From: Antedon mediterranea
Lineage: Eukaryota; Animalia; Echinodermata
Assembly (NCBI RefSeq): GCF_964355755.1
Contig: NC_092680.1
Coordinates: 12,409,045-12,473,044, forward strand
Reading direction: 5' to 3'
DNA: 64,000 nucleotides
Both the position numbers and the translations under genes were made by a program. Below, in pieces: positions 23,701 through 34,774 of the stretch (positions are counted from its first letter, which is position 1; each line of letters begins with the position of its first letter). The notes beneath the pieces were generated by a model. It was given only the letters and a program-made list of their open reading frames with translations, made no database searches and was not told the origin of the DNA.

Positions 23701-26700
23701 TATTTTCTGTTCATCTTTTAACCACATTTTCTATTACAATGAATGTAAATATGTATATTTCGAACAATTTGATACCAAATTTAAGTTTCTACGACCAGTA
23801 CTTACAGAGATATGAAGATGCCCTGGTATGTGGGTCAAAGGTCAGAAATGGCATTTCTGATCATTTTTTACTAAAATGCCCCATTAGACGGAATATAAAT
23901 GCATGCCTTCTGAACATCTTGAGACCAAAATTGACTTGCTGCGACCAGTGGTTGCCGAGATACAAGTACCTTTATTTATTTGTTTATATAACCCTTGACC
24001 CTGACCCTTTGACCTTTTGTAACATTTTTGAAAATGTATAACAAATAACAAAATATATATTTCGAACAATTTAAAACCAAATTCAAGTGTCTACGACGAG
24101 TAGTTATGGAGATAAATACATGCCCTGGGTTGTGGGTCAAAGGTCAGAAATGGCATTTCCGGTCATTTTAAACTAAAATGTCCCATTAGACTGAATATAA
24201 ATGTATACCTTCTGATCAATTTGAGACCAAAATTACTTCGCTGTGACCAGTGGTTGTTGAGATTTAAGGACATATTGGTGTTTGGTCTTATGACCTTTCA
24301 CCCTGACCTTTTGACCTTTCGCCACATTTTCAAAATGTGTAACCAAGCCAAAAATGATTGTTTGACCGCCCTAAACCAATTTCTGAAGTCAAATTCTCTG
24401 GACCTCAAAGTGCATACGAAAGTTGATCTATAGCTACCAGAGTAATTGAGGAAGACCTGATAAATCAATAAACATTACAAGATAATGACTTTCCTTTGGG
24501 GTCCTAATTTAAGCTTAGAATAAAAAAACCACTTAAAATGGACCTGAAATGGATTTTTTTCATTTTAGAATGATGTTTTGGGGGCTAAAATGTGTTAGTT
24601 TCTTTAGTTTTTAGTTTAGCAGAATTAAATTAGTAATGTGAGATGATAATTTATTTGTCACGAATCAGGCAGTTCGAAAACGAATTTTATTCATATTTTG
24701 CAAGTTGTGGATATCGCTTTGGTCCTTGCATGCACATGAAACGGAGCCTCGCCGCATGATGTGGGTGGTGGATCGACTCCGCGCGCTGGATTGGGGGCCT
24801 AGGCCTAGTAAAGGTTTGGGAGGTAGGTCTTCTAAATTCGGGTTTTAGAACAAACGAAGTACATTTTAGGGACCTATATTTCATTAGTTAACGATTGGAA
24901 CGCTTTGCCGAGAGTTGTTGTAGAGTCAAAGTCATTGAATCAGTTTAAAGCTCAGGTACAGGCATGAATTTTAAATATAATATTTGGTTAATTGTACATA
25001 AATCTAATAATTGTAACAGAAATCAAGATGACAAAACATGAATTTCCCTTAATATGGTCAAATACAAAATTTGGCAAAATTCTTCCATAAAAACCAGGAA
25101 GACTTTTTTTCAGTAGTTAGGTAGTTAACCTAATGTAATAACATGTCCGGTGACTCCCTAGACGGTGAAAAAAGATGGTGGATATACGGTGGATAATTTT
25201 TGCTATAGCATAAAAATAAAAATCTGAAGTTGAATAAAAATATCAGAAATGTAATATTCAAGTTATATTACCTATATTCAGTCATCTGATAACTTTTTTT
25301 TACCACACCGTTTATTTTTCATAGCTTTTTAAAATGCCTCTCTATTTACAAAATTTGTGTATAAAGAATAGAGATTTTACTGTGTAATTTGAACTATCCC
25401 CCCACTGATAAGAAAGTGCTTAATTTGAACAAGCTCGTGTAACACAAATAAAATCCCAAAAAATTATGAAACATAGGGGAAACTAGATCGATAATTTTTG
25501 GAATGTATGATCAATAGAAATTTTTTGCCCGCACCTGGCCTTTAAGTCTAATTTGAAAGAACACTGGAAAAACCACCACCAGAAGTTTCAGCCGTATGTA
25601 TTGAGATTTGTAATTCCAGAGAGGCGAATAAGCAATTTGCTTTAGCCTTAATTTCAAGGTAATTCAACAACATTAGATATTGAATAAATTAGTATTATGG
25701 TATTAGTGTCAACGCTTTCGCGTGTCTTTCCAGGCCGTCGATCATTCATTGACTATCGGGCGGCATACACGCTCTCGATATCATCGTGTGTATATGTGAC
25801 GTCGTGAATATAGAGGCTTCCGACGGCCGTTGAAATAGAATATTGCAATGGCGTGAGTAATTTTCGCTAATTTACCATGGTATCTTAAAATTTCGTTTTT
25901 ACTCAAAATACTATACATTTTGTTTTTATTTGTATGGGTTTGTGTTAATTTGATACATTTAAATAACATGTGTGAATTTCTTGAAAATCGAAAGTCCATT
26001 TCAGGTCCATTTTAATAAAGAGAAGAGATTCACCATATTGAATCAATTTGACAAATGACAAATGACGTGACTGTGTTACAAATTGTTGTATTGAATTTCT
26101 GAAATGATTTATTATTTTAAAAGTTCAGTTTAGTGTTCAATATTGTGATACTTAGAGAGCATGCCGATTTTGTTGGTGATTGCATGAACATTAATTAAAA
26201 CTGCTGGCTAATTTGACCAAATACTAAATACTACAAAGCTACACTTGCCCCAGGGTTAAATTAACTGAGCCAAACGATTACCTTTAAAACCAACTACTGC
26301 CTGTTCAATAGACTACTGCCTGCCCGATAGACTACTACCTGCCCAATAGACTACTGTCTGGCCAAAAATAAAAAACTGTAATTACCATCTTCCAATATAG
26401 TACTTGACGACCGACTTGATAGACGAGTGGATGGTATGCTGGAGCAAGGGCTTCTGAAGGAACTGTCTGACTTTCATTCAGAATATAATCAACAAAGATT
26501 ACAAGGAGGCCTTCACAAGTAAGTTTATTTTAAGCCACTATTTGATAACTTTCTGTCATTTTCTCTGACAGCTGAGAGATGAATAACATTTTAAACAATT
26601 TGTTTTATTTGTAAACTAATACTAGAATTTGAATATGTTTGATTCCATTTTTGTATTGTGTATTGATTTCTAAATGGGCTCAAAGACTTTTAAGGTGACT

Positions 26701-29700
26701 CCTAGAATATCAGGGGAGTGGGGGTATGATGAAGGCACCATAAAGATACTTCCTAGAATGTTTAATATCTTTCAATTAGGGAGCTGTGTTACAACCGTTA
26801 ATGTAGAAAACGCCAGCTAATGTCGAAACAACCGTTAATGTAGAACAACCAACCGCTTATGTAGTAAAACCTCCAGCTTATGTAGAAACAGTCAACAGCT
26901 TATGTAGTAACGAAAATTGCCTCCCAGCTTATGTAGTTACTATCGCCAGCTAATGTAGAAAATGTTATATATTTTACAAAAATGTCTCATTCATGTGCAA
27001 ATGCATCGATCTTTACTTAGCTATCAGTCTTTCCACCTCTCGTAAGCAACCAACTTTCTAAAACGACCACACATCGTAAGCAACCATCTCTGTTAAGGGA
27101 CCGCTTCTCATAATCGACCACGTCTCGTAAGGGATCACCTCCTCTCATAAGGGACCACTTCTCATAATCGACCGCCTCTCGTAAACGACCACCTTTCCTA
27201 AGGACCACACCTCTCATAAGTGACCACCTCTTTTATGGGACCACGACCTCTTTCTCTCTATTAAAGGACCGCTTCTCATAATCGTCAGTGACGACTCTTT
27301 TAAAGGACCACCTCTCTTAACGACCCCACCTCTCGTAAGTGACGACCTATTTTAAAGGACCACCACCTATTAAGGGACTGCTTCTCATAATCGACCATCT
27401 CCCATCACAAGGACCTCTCGAAAGTGACCACCTCTATTGAACGACCACTGTCTCTGTTAAGGGACCGCTTCTCATCATTGAAGATTTAATAGAGATAAAG
27501 AGGTCGTGGTCACTTAAAAGAAGTGGTCACTTACGAGAGGTTTGGTCGTTAAAATAGGTGGTCGCTTACGAGAGGTGGTCGATTATGAAAAGCGGTTCCT
27601 TATGAGAGGCGGTGATCACTTACGAGAGGTGGTCGATTATAAGAAGCGGTCCCTTAATAGAAACGGTGGACGTTCAATAGAGGTGGTCACTTACCAGAGT
27701 TCGTTGTGACGGGAGATAGTCGATTATGAGAAGCGGTCCGTTAATAGGGAGAAAGAGGTCGTGGTCCCTTAAAAGAGGTGGTCATTTACGAGAGGTGTGG
27801 TCGCTTACGAAAGGTGGTCGATTATGAGAAGCGGTCCCTTATGAGAGGAGGTGATCCCTTACGAGACGTGGTCGATTATGAGAAGCGGTCCCTTAACAGA
27901 GATGGTAGCTTATTACGATGTGTGGTCATTTTAGAAAGTTGGTTGCTTACGAGAGGTGGAGAGACTGATAGCTAAGTAAAGATCGATGCATTTGCACATG
28001 AATTAGACATTTTTGTAAAATATATAACATTTTCTACATTAGCTGGCGATAGTAACTACATAAGCTGGGAGGCAATTTTCGTTACTACATAAGCTGTTGA
28101 CTGTTTCTACATTAGCTGGTGTTGATTTTTATTTACTACATAAGCTGTTGGTGTTTCTACATAAGCTGGAGGTTTTACTACATAAGCGGTGTATTGTTCT
28201 ACATTAACGGTTGTTTCGACATTAGCTGGCGTTTTCTACATTAGCGGTTGTAACAAGCTGGTTTGACCTCAGATATTGTGTCCTTGGTTTAAAATGTTGT
28301 TGATTTTTCTTGAGGCAGATGATCTATAATTCATCCCATGTTTGTAGGTTTGCTTTTTCCTATACCTTTTACCTCCAGGGTTCTCTTTGATAACACTAAA
28401 TATTTGTTGTGTCATTCTTTTTATAGGGAAGAGTTGTATTCACAAGGCATATTCCAATCAATTGGCTTCAAAGAATTTCATGATTACCTAATACTTCCAG
28501 AAAAAGAAAGAGATAAAGAAATTGGTGTCAAATTAAAAGAACAAGGAATTGAGAAACTGAAGCAGGTCACTCGGAGGTACGCACGTAAACAGTTGCGATG
28601 GATTAACAACCGGTTTTTAAAGAGTATGTTTATGTTCTACTAAATTCAAAACACATTATGTTTTTTTTATAATTTTTATTTGGTGGGTCATTCCATGCCA
28701 AATCAACAAATCAGTTGGCAGGTAATCTCTTAGATTTTGCTGATTTTTTTTCCTAAGGTACCTCTATCTATATAATGAACACATGCAAAAAATTAGCCCT
28801 CAATTCCAAGCGGTTTCGGAAATATGGCCGTTTTAAATTTGGTCGTCTCGCCCCATTTTTCGTTCCAAAATCGCGGAGTTTAATATTTTGTGTTTTTGGA
28901 TGTTTATATTTCCACAACGGACAAATATATTAAGCTGAAAATTACTACCCATGGATAATTCCCACTCAATAAACAGAATCTCGTGAAAAAAAAATTTGAT
29001 CTCTACTACTTTGGAAGATACAGCAGTCCGAAAACCCATTTTCGTTAAGCAAAATTAGCTTTTTTCGATTTTCGGCAGCCCTGTATACCCACAATAGCAT
29101 TCATAGAGTGTTAAAACTTTTTATTTCTGTTATATAAGTACATACATTTACTCTAAAACAATAATATAATATTTTAAAGCTGAAATAACAAAATAAATAG
29201 TACCCAAAGTATGGTCCGGGGGAAAAAACCATGAAAATAGCCCATTTTCTCATTGACCTTTGACCCCGTAGATGAATCTTGACAAACTTCAAAATTGCGT
29301 TAATTATTAAATACATATCAGATCTATATCCGATTCAAATTTGAAATTTGCAACTCCACTGCTTCATGGTTATCTAAATTTGATAAAGAGTGCTACTTTT
29401 TCATTTTTATATACTTTTTTTATACTATAGCCGTTTTTCGTACTTTTTGAGTTCTCTAAATTGATAATTAGAACTATTAACATTTTAAAATTAATCAATT
29501 TTAGCTAACTTTTTGTGCTGATTCCAAAAATGTAAACAGATTTACCATATCTTGTTTTATTCCTATTGATACTGTAGCCTAAAAATGATCGAAAATGAAA
29601 TTTATAGGATTTCTTTGTACATATTGGAAACACAACTTACATGTAAACTGGATGGTATTACTTTGTATTTCAACCATGCACATGCCAATTTTGATATATA

Positions 29701-32700
29701 TGTATGTATAATAATAGTGTTCAGCTATTTAAAATTTGGTAACAGTGCTATAATACATTTGTGGTCGGCTTCCAATAATTATTACTGCCGACCTCCATGA
29801 TGACCTTGTATCTCTGGAGTATTAATACCACAGATAATATCCTGAAACGGCGGCACATAACATTGGTTAGCTGGATTATCTGGTGGCCAGTTAAGATTGC
29901 CTGTGCGTATTGATTTTTTCATGAACTTAACATGTACATCACTGTTTTCATCTGAACGTTCATCTATAGTTCCAATGTACCACTCCTTTCATACATACAA
30001 GCAATATATTTACCAGGTTGATAGTCATCATTCGGAATTGAAATGTTTTCTTCTTCACTACCTAACTAAACACACAGTGCTGTAAAAAAAAAGTCATCTT
30101 CAGACAATCTGCGCATTTCAAGCTTTCCTGCAGATATACCGGAATAAAGCTATGATGGGAGAGCAAGTACCCATAATAGTTTTTGATGATAAATAGCGTT
30201 CCTCTAGTTTGTAAGCTTCTGTATTTTTCTGTACATCCTTATCACTTACAAAGAAGAATTTGATGCCAGCAATATTTTTAGAGACCCAGTCAAACATTTG
30301 AAGAGCCGTGAGGATTTGGTTTCCTTCTGTTGCCTGTAAACTTGCTCGTGCAACCAAGCCTCTTCACTGTACCGCAGATACCATCACATGGGCTTTTTCC
30401 ATGACTAGTGGCAAAAAAATGCCACTGGGCATTAATGCATGATCAGATTGGTGATGACATAGGTTTGTGAGGTTTTTGTAATTTTTATACTGGCTTGCTG
30501 CACCATCTATATAGTAAATTAATTTAGTTGTATGTGGTAAGATTTCTTTTAAATAAGATGCCAACACATTTAATAAATGCATGAACTGTTGATGTTGCAT
30601 GTTTAAGGCAGTCCGAAATAACACAGACACTAATGCACTTGAGATCTTCATTCTCCTTATAGTATATAGCAAATGGGTGGAGTGTCGCCTGGCTATTGTC
30701 CCAATAGAATAGTTTTCTGCAAAGTCTAAACAGTACGATGGCTTCATCTCCTGCTGCTGCTAACTGCTCTAAGGTTTCGCAAGTAGGAGGCAGCCTGGGC
30801 TTTTGTTACAAAATAGTGTTGACAAAGTTTATCTAAAGCATCGCATAGTGTCTGAAGGAGTTCTTGAATTGACAGTTGTAAGTTGTGTTCTGTCTGTGTG
30901 CATCCATTGCTTGTAATTAACAGAATCCTCCATGTCAACTTCGTAGTCTGAGCACACTTGCGACATCGACAAATAGCTCATGAGGGCTGCTTTACCAGGA
31001 CAGTTGGTACAAGACCGGATCATGCAGTCCCGATTACTTATGTCGCATACCATTCTTGCGAGCAGGTCTTTGTATTCTTGTTTATTAGGAAGAGCTGCAA
31101 TAAGAAGCTTCACATTTTGATGTTTTTGGCAGACATGGGTATGTCCATGGTTGAAGTGACATGTAGTTAGTGGTTTCAATAAACAAAGAAATCCTATAAA
31201 TTTCATTTTCGATCATTTTTAGGCTCCAGTATCAATAGGAATAAAACAAGAAATGATAAATCTATTTACATTTTTGGAATCAGCACAAAAAGTTAGCTAA
31301 GACTGATTAATTTCAAAATGTTAATAGTTCTAATTATCAGTTTAGAGAACTCTAAAAGTACGAAAAATGGCTATAGTATAAAAAAAGTATATAAAAATGA
31401 AAAAGTAGCACTATTTATAAAATTTAGATAACCATGAAGCAGTGGAGTTGCAAATTTCAAATTTGAATCAGATATAGATCTGGTATGTATTTAATAATTA
31501 ACGCAATTTTGAAGTTTGTTAAGATCCATCTACGGGGTCAAAGGTCAACGAGAAAATGGGCTATTTTCATGGTTTTTTTCCCCGGACCATACTTTGGGTA
31601 CTAGTTATTTTGTTATTTCAGCTTTAAAATACTATACTATTGCTTTAAAGTAAATGTATGTACTTATATAACAGAATTAAAAAGTTTGAACACTCTATGA
31701 ATGCTATTGTGGGTATACAGGGCTGACGAAAATCGAAAAAAGCTAATTTTGCTTAACGAAAATGGGTTTTCGGACTGCTGTATCTTCCAAAGTAGTAGAG
31801 ATAACTTTTTTTTTACACCAGATTCTGTTTATTGAGTGGGAATTATCCATAGGTAGAAATTTTCAGCTTAATATATTTGTCCGTTGCGGAAATTTAAGCC
31901 TCCAAAAACACAAAATATTAAACTCCGCAATTTTGGAACGAAAAATGGGGCGAGACGCCCACATTTAAAACGGCCATATTTCCGAAACCACTTGGAATTG
32001 AGGGCTAATTTTTTGCATATGTTCATTATATAGATAGAGGTACCTTAGGAAAAAAAATCAGTAAAATCTAAGAGGTGACCTGCCCAAATTTTGTTCAGAT
32101 TTGTTGATTTGGCATGGAATGACCCTGGTGTTGTTAAACCAGGACAAAAATATTTTAACATACCGTAGATATCAAATGCTTCGATATATTTTCATTATAC
32201 TGTATGTGATTGATATAGCAAATCTTAGTATGGATTTAGTTGGAAGTACTTATTTTACCAGGGAAGGTATTACACATGGGTGTCTAGAAAACTCAGATCT
32301 AGAACACTCAGATCTCAGATATATCTGAGTTTTCTAGATATAGAAAACTCAGATATCTGACTTTTCTAGATCTAGAAAACTCAGATATCTGACTTTTCTA
32401 GATCTAGAAAACTCGGATATCAATATCTGACTTTTCTAGTTCCAAAATGGAACTAGAAAACTCAGATCATCATTTGATTGGTTGGTAGGTCCATTATTAA
32501 TCAGCAGGTATTATTAAAACTGATTACTGTGTATGTTCTTACTAATACTGTAACATGTAGAAGCGGCCTACGGCTTAAATCATAAAGAAAATACATTGCA
32601 TGTTACCGTTAAAATGTAGGCTTAAAAATGAGGCATGTACGAGTTGATGTGGGTTCGAGTTGGTTGAGGTACGAGTTAGCCAAGTTGGGAATAGGTACCA

Positions 32701-34774
32701 GTTATTTTGGGTACGAGTTGACCACTTCTATTCTAGTACTGTAGGACCAGGTCTTCCTTTTGCGATACATCGCGATAGCGCCCACACGTTGAGCCTTGAA
32801 TTGAGTTTGCTTAGCTAGGCCTAAATGCTATAAGACTACATTTTAAAAGGTGTATACTGTATTTCTTTATGATTTAAGTCGTAGGCTGCTACTACAAGTT
32901 CCAATAATTATTATTATTAGTAAGAAAACGTACTGTGTAGTATTTCAAATATGCTACCCTCTAATAATAATGGAACGATCCATTTGATGATCTGGGTTTT
33001 CTAGTTCCATTTTGGAACTAGAAAAGTCAGATATTGATATCTGAGTTTTCTAGATCTAGAAAACTCAGATATATCTGAGATCTGAGTTTTCTAGATCTGA
33101 GTTTTCTAGACACCCATTACACATATCCTTATTTCAACACCAAACCATTGGCCTAGTTGATATTGACTTTAACTGGGAAATATTGGCCTGAAATGATTAA
33201 TGTTCGCTTGACCTGGTGAATATTCACTTGACCTGGTTAATATTTGCTTGACCCGGTTAATATTCACTTGACCTGGTTAATATTCACTTGACCTGGTTAA
33301 TATTCGCTTGACCTGACCTCTTTTCATGATATTCTAATATTATTTCTTGTTTAAAAAAGCCACAAGCATTTTGCTTATGCGTAATACGAACACTACTAAA
33401 TATACATTATTAATAAATGCACATAGATAAATAACATTTTAAATTATTATATTATTCATGGTACATTGGTTTATTGCTGTACAAGTGTCAGATATTTAAT
33501 GTTTGTATGATGGATGCTTTTGATTTTTTTTATTTTAACAGGACGACCTGGTTTCAATGTACCCCCTGTATATGGCCTAGATGCTACTGACGCCACACAA
33601 TGGGATCATGCAGTACTTGAGCCAGCGATGAAAATCCTTAGTGATGTCATGGAGGTAACTTGAGTTGTAGCTTGGTGGTTATCCGCTACCAAAGTCCTGG
33701 GTTCATATCAGATGCTAGGATTTGTTTTCAAACTTCACTCAAGGACTTGTTAAAAAATATTTAACAAGTTGTATAGGCTTATTCACAGTCAATCAATGAT
33801 GCCAAGCTAATCAATATCATGTTAGTTTTCAATAAATCAAAATAATGCGCAGTGTTTTATTTATATACACACATATATCTTGAATTTACATTTATGCCCA
33901 AGAGATTATAATTCAATTCATTTATTTTCCTGAAAGACATAACATTTGAGTACAAATAATGTTAGAGTCTTGCAGCAGATTGTAGATAAGTGAGAAAACC
34001 ACTTTTTTTTTTAATAAAGGGTAAAATGCCAAGTGCAAAACCGTTAGTGATTGAGGAGAGGTCAGAGGTCAAACCAGAAACCACATTCGTGTGTGATATA
34101 TGTAGTGGTCGAATAATCGTTGGACATCAACAATGGCAAGGTATTTGTAAGATGCATTTAAATTTGATTGTCTTTATATTTCCACCAACCTCTCATATCG
34201 TTATGTACCACCTAATTGTGAGGTAGATTTAAACAAAGATAGAAACACTTGATGCAATCCACCAATCATATGGTAAGGATGCACTGTTAGAGACACATGA
34301 TACATACTCCACCAATTAAATGGCAAGGATACACTGTTAGAGACAAAGTTAGACACATGATACATAATCCACCAATTAAATAGCAAGGATACACTGTTAG
34401 AGACACATGATACATACTCCACCAATCAAATGGCAAGGATACACTGTTAGAGACATATGATACCTAATCCACCAATCAAATGGCAAGGATACACAGTTAG
34501 AGACACATGATACATAATCCACCAATCAAATGGCAAGGATACACTGTTAGAGACACATGATACATACTCTACCAATCAAATGGCAAGAATACAAGACAAA
34601 GTTAGACACATGATGCATAATCCACCAATCAAATGGCAAGGATACATTGTTATTTTGTTTGTGTAATTCTTTATTTCAATTTCTACAGCACACTTAAAAT
34701 CCAGAGTTCATTTCAAACGTGCAAAAAAGATTCGGAAGAAAGAATTGCTGGCTAAGTTTGCCCAAGAATCTTGA
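14649..34774 (+). CDS. TRIT1: tRNA dimethylallyltransferase (tRNA isopentenyltransferase 1); exons 14649-14786, 16934-17170, 17818-18623, 20698-20840, 26401-26518, 28427-28623, 33542-33654, 34020-34140, 34689-34774 (652 aa)
   Basis: P-loop [69 protein letters not shown] and a C-terminal C2H2 zinc finger CDIC...HLKSRVH. All introns are GT-AG with consistent phases. Confidence 0.93.
15511..16769. mobile_element. Non-autonomous Sola2-like DNA transposon
   Basis: Ends GGGTCATTCCAT / ATGGAATGACCC; TIRs of about 360 bp; 4-bp TSD CACC (15507-15510, 16770-16773); internal direct duplication of about 218 bp; same termini as the element at 28685. Confidence 0.85.
16934..17170 (+). CDS. TRIT1: TRIT1 exon 2
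   Basis: [12 protein letters not shown]...[23 protein letters not shown]|gtaagt. Confidence 0.93.
17184..17325. repeat. 22-bp minisatellite (GGGTGTGGTACAAGAGGTTGTT)
   Basis: About 6 tandem units just after the TRIT1 exon 2 donor. Confidence 0.85.
17818..18623 (+). CDS. TRIT1: TRIT1 exon 3 (806 nt, contains heptad repeat insertion)
   Basis: Strong poly-T acceptor at 17817; frame open through to [26 protein letters not shown]; donor gtaaat. Confidence 0.82.
18175..18492 (+). repeat. Coding 21-bp minisatellite (NTGVTVD)n
   Basis: Six near-perfect AATACAGGTGTCACTGTGGAC units at 18361-18486 plus about 9 diverged units upstream. Confidence 0.92.
18737..19463. mobile_element. Non-autonomous piggyBac-like element
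   Basis: TTAA|CACTTTCACCGCCA ... TGGCGGTGAAAGTG|TTAA; acidic remnant [19 protein letters not shown] near 18981. Confidence 0.85.
20698..20840 (+). CDS. TRIT1: TRIT1 exon 4
   Basis: [13 protein letters not shown]...[19 protein letters not shown]; donor gtaag. Confidence 0.92.
21087..24445. repeat. Large inverted duplication / foldback (arms about 21087-22349 and 23186-24445)
   Basis: Arms are near-identical reverse complements over about 1.26 kb (ORFs 21049-21309 minus and 24221-24433 plus are the same peptide). Each arm holds two units of about 300 bp rich in TGACCTTTGACC. No TSD seen. Confidence 0.9.
24537..26011. mobile_element. Non-autonomous Kolobok-like DNA transposon
   Basis: TTAA|AATGGACCTGAAATGGA ... 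TCCATTTCAGGTCCATT|TTAA (17-bp TIR, purine termini, TTAA TSD). Confidence 0.78.
26401..26518 (+). CDS. TRIT1: TRIT1 exon 5
   Basis: [22 protein letters not shown]; donor gtaagt. Confidence 0.92.
26787..28255. mobile_element. Foldback DNA transposon with TGT...ACA termini (Ginger-like, tentative)
   Basis: TGTTACAACCG...CGGTTGTAACA; 5-bp TSD AGCTG (26782-26786, 28256-28260); almost wholly palindromic; internal GACCACCTCTCGTAAG repeats switch orientation near 27480. Confidence 0.85.
28427..28623 (+). CDS. TRIT1: TRIT1 exon 6
   Basis: [18 protein letters not shown]...[17 protein letters not shown]; donor gtatgt. Confidence 0.93.
28685..32125 (-). mobile_element. Sola2 DNA transposon with decayed, internally deleted transposase
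   Basis: GGG...CCC termini; TIRs of about 930 bp; 4-bp TSD TGGT; minus-strand motifs [16 protein letters not shown] and [16 protein letters not shown] in shifting frames at 29700-31150. Confidence 0.88.
29700..31150 (-). pseudogene. Sola2-type DDD transposase remnant
   Basis: ORF fragments 30829-31206, 30744-30938, 30364-30747 and 30118-30357 are pieces of one frameshifted transposase. Confidence 0.82.
32278..33115. mobile_element. Non-autonomous Mutator/MULE-like foldback element
   Basis: GGGTGTCTAGAAAAC...GTTTTCTAGACACCC; 9-bp TSD ATTACACAT; long TIRs built from palindromic AGATCT/TCTAGA units. Confidence 0.85.
33202..33315. repeat. 20-bp minisatellite (AATATTCACTTGACCTGGTT)
   Basis: About 5.5 tandem units. 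Confidence 0.85.
33542..33654 (+). CDS. TRIT1: TRIT1 exon 7
   Basis: [28 protein letters not shown]; donor gtaact. Confidence 0.9.
34020..34140 (+). CDS. TRIT1: TRIT1 exon 8
   Basis: GKMPSAKP...[16 protein letters not shown] (first half of zinc finger). Confidence 0.88.
34241..34650. repeat. 50-bp minisatellite in TRIT1 intron 8
   Basis: Unit ACACTGTTAGAGACACATGATACATACTCCACCAATCAAATGGCAAGGAT, about 7-8 copies. Confidence 0.9.
34689..34774 (+). CDS. TRIT1: TRIT1 exon 9 (last)
   Basis: ctacag|; [18 protein letters not shown]...ES-TGA. Confidence 0.88.

Noticed and set aside
27017-27975. Mirror-image ORF pairs (also 28833-29039 with 31762-31968, 15585-15812 with 16569-16775, and 21049-21309 with 24221-24433)
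   Set aside because: Chance ORFs inside inverted repeat arms, with no protein motifs or splice signals
34125-34440. Similarity of the TRIT1 exon 8 end (CAATGGCAAG) to the 50-bp repeat unit
   Set aside because: Match of only about 9 bp, compatible with chance
34241-34650. Regular repeats resembling a CRISPR array (also 63410-63700 and 27030-27960)
   Set aside because: Units are contiguous tandem copies with no unique spacers, there are no cas genes, and the context is eukaryotic
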